DNA from: Raillietiella orientalis
Taxonomy: Eukaryota
Direction of reading: 5' to 3'
Assembly (NCBI GenBank): GCA_036172245.1
Contig: JAYWIR010000062.1
Location: 310,001-374,000 of the forward strand
DNA length: 64,000 nt
Positions 59,978-64,000 of this stretch are shown piece after piece. Position numbers and translations under genes: made by a program. The notes below the pieces were generated by a model. It ran no database searches. It saw nothing but the letters and a program-made list of their open reading frames with translations, and was not told the origin of the DNA. The stretch's first letter is position 1. Each line of letters starts with the position of its first letter.

Positions 59978-62639
59978 TTATCCCATTAAATTGCCCACTG
60001 TCATGGCTAAAGGTGTTATAATGATGACTGAGACTCTGAAATACATATAATTTTGCAAATAGTATGTGTGATTGACATACACAACAGTGACACCATTGTA
60101 AATCCACGAACGCCAACTAGAACGGGACTGGGCCTCCATATGTTGTTCCAGGTGCTGACAAGTTTCTTTACGGTTATTGGAAACTCCAGAAACCATGTCA
60201 CACAACAATTTTTTCTTACAGTATGAATCACAAGGATCTCTCACAGGAGAATCTTTCCAGTAAAATCTGATGGGAACTCTTAGCGGGATGCTCCTATCTT
60301 TCCTTCTACATACCTATAGTACTTGTCAAACAGTGCTTTGTCAGAAACCATCCTGTGCACTACATTATCCCATTCTTGAGGATGAAGGGAATCTAACTGA
60401 TAACTTTGTCGGGCACTATATAGTTGATACCAATCAGGGTAGCCCCTAACATTAGCTTCTTGTAGATCTGTAACCCAAGTCTCATGATCCAAAACCATCT
60501 TAAAACACCATTAGTACAGAAACCCGAATGGAAACTAGCATATTACTCGAGTGGAACCTGCATAGTCTCCATCTATAGTATAGATTCGATATCCAGGATT
60601 CAGATTATAATAAGGTGTAACACTGGGACCTATGTAAGCAATACTGACTGCCCTGCTGGGCTGGAATTCATCATAGAAAAGTTCAAATTCATCAAAATGA
60701 GTATGGCCAAAAAACTGGGCTGCTATAACTCCTTCATATCTAGGCTGCTGCTGAAACTGGTCCTGGATCATCCTAGCCAGGAACATGTGCTTACCGATTC
60801 ACTATAGTATTGTAATTACGACTCCACACATGTAGGCAGTCTGAATATCCAGGAGGAATATGACCAATAATATGTACCTTCTCCTGGGATAATTCTGCCT
60901 TCTGTAATTCGTATATTAGCCACTGGAGCTGCTGGGCTGGATCTGTTGTATTGAGCAGCAACCACCTGCAACGTGCAGGCTCTATCTGTTCCCTACTTAC
61001 CAATTTTTATTGTGGCAGTAGTTCATGTTCAGTGAAATGATACGCAAATTTGGCCGTGCTAGTACAGAATAAAAGCTTCCATGGAGCACAGAGGGAGCTG
61101 TGTCTGCAGGTAGCCAATAACTCCACTGCTTATTTAATTCCTGATAGAGCCAATCCATAGATACAAAAGGTGCAACATTTGGCGTAGGAAAACTAAGCAA
61201 GCAGCTGTCAGATACCAGAATCCTTGTTACAAAGACAAGAGATACCTATTCACTGGTACCCCTTCATGATTTCCTAGTGCTGGAAAGATAGGGACATGGG
61301 GAAAATATCGCACCATTTGGGCTACACTTTCTTTCAAGATCTGGAGTTGTTCTTCTCGAGTTTGATTCCACACATCATGTGGAGGTAAATCACCAGTCCA
61401 TATAATGTAACTTAAATCCTGCAAAAAAAAAAAACAATGAAGCCATGCACTAAACGTTTTGGACTCACTGGATGTGTGTACTGGATATGCATCAGCATGT
61501 GCTCCACTGTTTGAAAAGGGATGTCACACTTTCTATAATCTCCCCATTTGCCTGCTCTTTTCTTGAATGATTTTGCTTTTCCACTTTGTGCCCTAGGACA
61601 TCATGAAGCAATTCTGTCTTAACTATTTGCCAACCTGCAGCATAAAGGTTCGTGACAATCTGCATTGCTGCCTTCCTGATAGTAAGGATCATAGTGTGTA
61701 TCAGAGATGTGCAACACTTTTAATGGCTTGATGGCAAACTGAAAAATATAATCAGGCTTGATGATGCAAAACTTACTACCTGGAATGGAATAAAAATCAG
61801 TGATAACAAACCTTTGGTGCAATCGGGACTTCAAATGGTGGTTTGGGAAATGGAGGGAATGTCACATTCCAGTTGTGCCATGGATTGATGGGAACAGCAC
61901 AACTATCACCTATAATCAATCCACAAATCTCTTCTGGAGATAAGATTAATCTGGACAGAACATATAACACCTCATCCTTAAACAAGAATTTTTACTGCTA
62001 AAGCAAGCTAAATCCTTACTTTAAATAAATAAACAATCCCTACACACACTCTTCTACTTGCAAGCTTCAGATTGATACAAAGTTTAGTAACAGCTGAAGC
62101 GATTTCCAGGTTTGTTTTATTGCTGTCTATATAATTTTGAAGGAGTCCAACTCCAGCCATGCATGCTTTGCATGATACACTACTCAACAAAGAATGTTCA
62201 ATTTCATATATCACTTTATTTAAATTGAGTTGGGAAACTGCCCGTGATAAAAATTTGGGAAGATGAGAAAGCACAAGTGATCTATCAGTTCTGTTTGAAT
62301 TAAAATATTCAAGCTCCTCATCAATTTCAATGCGAATTTTTGTGAAATTTAAATCTGTAATATTGAATATGTCAGATGCTTCTTTAGACAACTCAAATTC
62401 ATCTAAGACTTCTGGAGGAATAATGTTTGGGAAAGATAAATCTCCAAATGGATGAATAGGCTCAGGTTTCATCTTGTACATCATATTTTTCAGTGAATGC
62501 TCATCTCCAACAACTGGAATTCCTGTTTACATATACCAACAAATAAATAATCCCATCACTAAAACGCTTACTTGCCTTCTGTGGGGCACCATGATTCAGT
62601 GAATACAAAAAGCAATATTAAATTTTGCAATCCACCCAT
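59978..62639 (-). CDS. SMPD1: Acid sphingomyelinase (saposin B + metallophosphoesterase)
   Basis: Twelve in-phase exons: 62639-62576, 62522-62020, 61976-61812, 61738-61635, 61592-61469, 61418-61246, 61192-61001, 60965-60795, 60739-60547, 60498-60314, 60266-60081, 60035-59978. Signal peptide, saposin CKAC...LC...[57 protein letters not shown]. Confidence 0.95.
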
Positions 62640-64000
62640 GTAAATTGCCTATACCTGAAACTGGATATAACAACAAACTTTTACATACTTCAACAAAACG
62701 TGTTCCCCAAAGTGTTCAAATCTAAAAACGGAAAACTCAAATTTGGGATTAACGAACGCAATGGTTCAAATTGGATAATCCGGATAATTCTGAATTACAT
62801 TGCCTCGTTAAGTTGGAATGAAATGCACCATCTGTACACAAAAGGCAGCCAGCATTAAAAACCAGAGAATCATAATTTCCACATAAAGGTCTTCACTTTT
62901 GTGCATATTTCGGGTAATGAAACATGTTTATAATACTAACGTATGGCCTGCACACTGAAACTGTACACTTTCTGAAAGATGCACAGTGAATCAAGAGTCA
63001 TTTAAATACTACCAATTATAGTTATGAAATCGGCACTGATACTGCATCTTATTCCTTTTAAATTATAGACACTAAAACTTATCACAAATCATGAAAGATA
63101 ACACTCACCCATCAGTTTGTTTTTTTTTTTTTCTTCTCCTTCCTGACCCTGTCTTTCCCAGTTCAAAAAACACTACACAAACATCATGAGGCTCCACTAC
63201 ACATGTTGGGAGGGGAAACCCACGTAAATGCTTTCGAAGGAATACATAACGGAATTTTCCAGAAGTAAAATCACACGTTACTTTACATCGGATAGTCTGC
63301 GGACAGTGGTCAGTTGCTGCTCATTAGTCACCGTCGCCACAGCACGCTGCTGGCGAGTCGCGCACGGTCCCACGCGAGGCCCACTGTACCTACTCCATAG
63401 GGAGGTCGCTTTTTTTTGCTTTTCTCTCTCCGCTCTCTCTCCCGTGGGCTCGAAGCTGCATTCACGAAATTACAGTAAGCATCGGCGGCATCTCCCAGAT
63501 GAAACAAACGTTATGGTGAACCCGGTTCTTTCCGGGTGTCCCCGAAATCGAGGTGGGAGGACTGCCCGTGCGCTTCGGCCCGGGGGAGCCGTCCCCGGGC
63601 GCCCCCGGGAGGAACACCGGTGGCACGGGCCCTTGGGGGAAAACGGCTCCCGTGGTGTCAGGGCTTCAGGAAACGGGGACCCCGGTCCACCTTGTTTATT
63701 AAAGGCTTGTTGTGTGTCTGGTTTATTCGGCGACACGAATGCCCTCCTCGGCTTCCGGGTGACGTCCCTATGACGCTGGAAAGATAGCCATCGGGATGTT
63801 GGAACGGTCGAGTCCAGTTTTTTCAAGCAACCTCCCTCGGGTGGCGGGTGGAGTGAAGCAACGCAGTCAGAGTCCGTGCTTTGTTCTGTTCCCTTTTTTT
63901 TTCCCTTTGTTTTTTTTTTTTCTTATCCCTCCCCCTCCCCTCTCCCCCCCCCCCATTTTGCTTGTATTTGCTTCTACGTGGATTATCGCTTGAAAGCAGA

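Noticed and set aside
63484..63662. Short matches to SRP (7SL) RNA
   Set aside because: The matches are out of order and the helix-8 consensus is absent.

Overview
Eukaryotic (metazoan, most likely arthropod) genomic DNA, not prokaryotic; no CRISPR, rRNA or tRNA genes were recognised. I assembled six spliced genes by hand. The five complete models have consistent exon phases: GPALPP1 (-), PIN4/parvulin (-, not evident as a single ORF in the track because its exons are short), FoxK (+), a reduced schnurri/HIVEP zinc-finger gene (-) and acid sphingomyelinase (-). The sixth is a partial, truncated Emi1/Rca1-like F-box gene (+) whose start is unresolved. Many introns are only 35-60 nt. The left end holds a decayed RLE-type (NeSL/Utopia-like) non-LTR element abutting, probably inserted into, a Tx1/L1-like element. 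A GC-rich block of about 19 kb (~31-50 kb) between the convergent FoxK and schnurri genes is largely a graveyard of co-oriented Tx1/L1-like retroelements. The most interesting signals are: (i) PIN4 and GPALPP1 look co-transcribed or nested; (ii) four retroelement 3' ends are followed by the same AAAYGBCCCGG junction, suggesting a site-specific, tandem-array-forming Tx1 family with a conserved 3' RNA structure; (iii) a near-complete HDV-like ribozyme fold near the start of the array; (iv) domain-reduced schnurri and Emi1-like genes; (v) unusual splicing in the sphingomyelinase gene. All family assignments come from motif recognition by eye; no database searches or folding programs were run.
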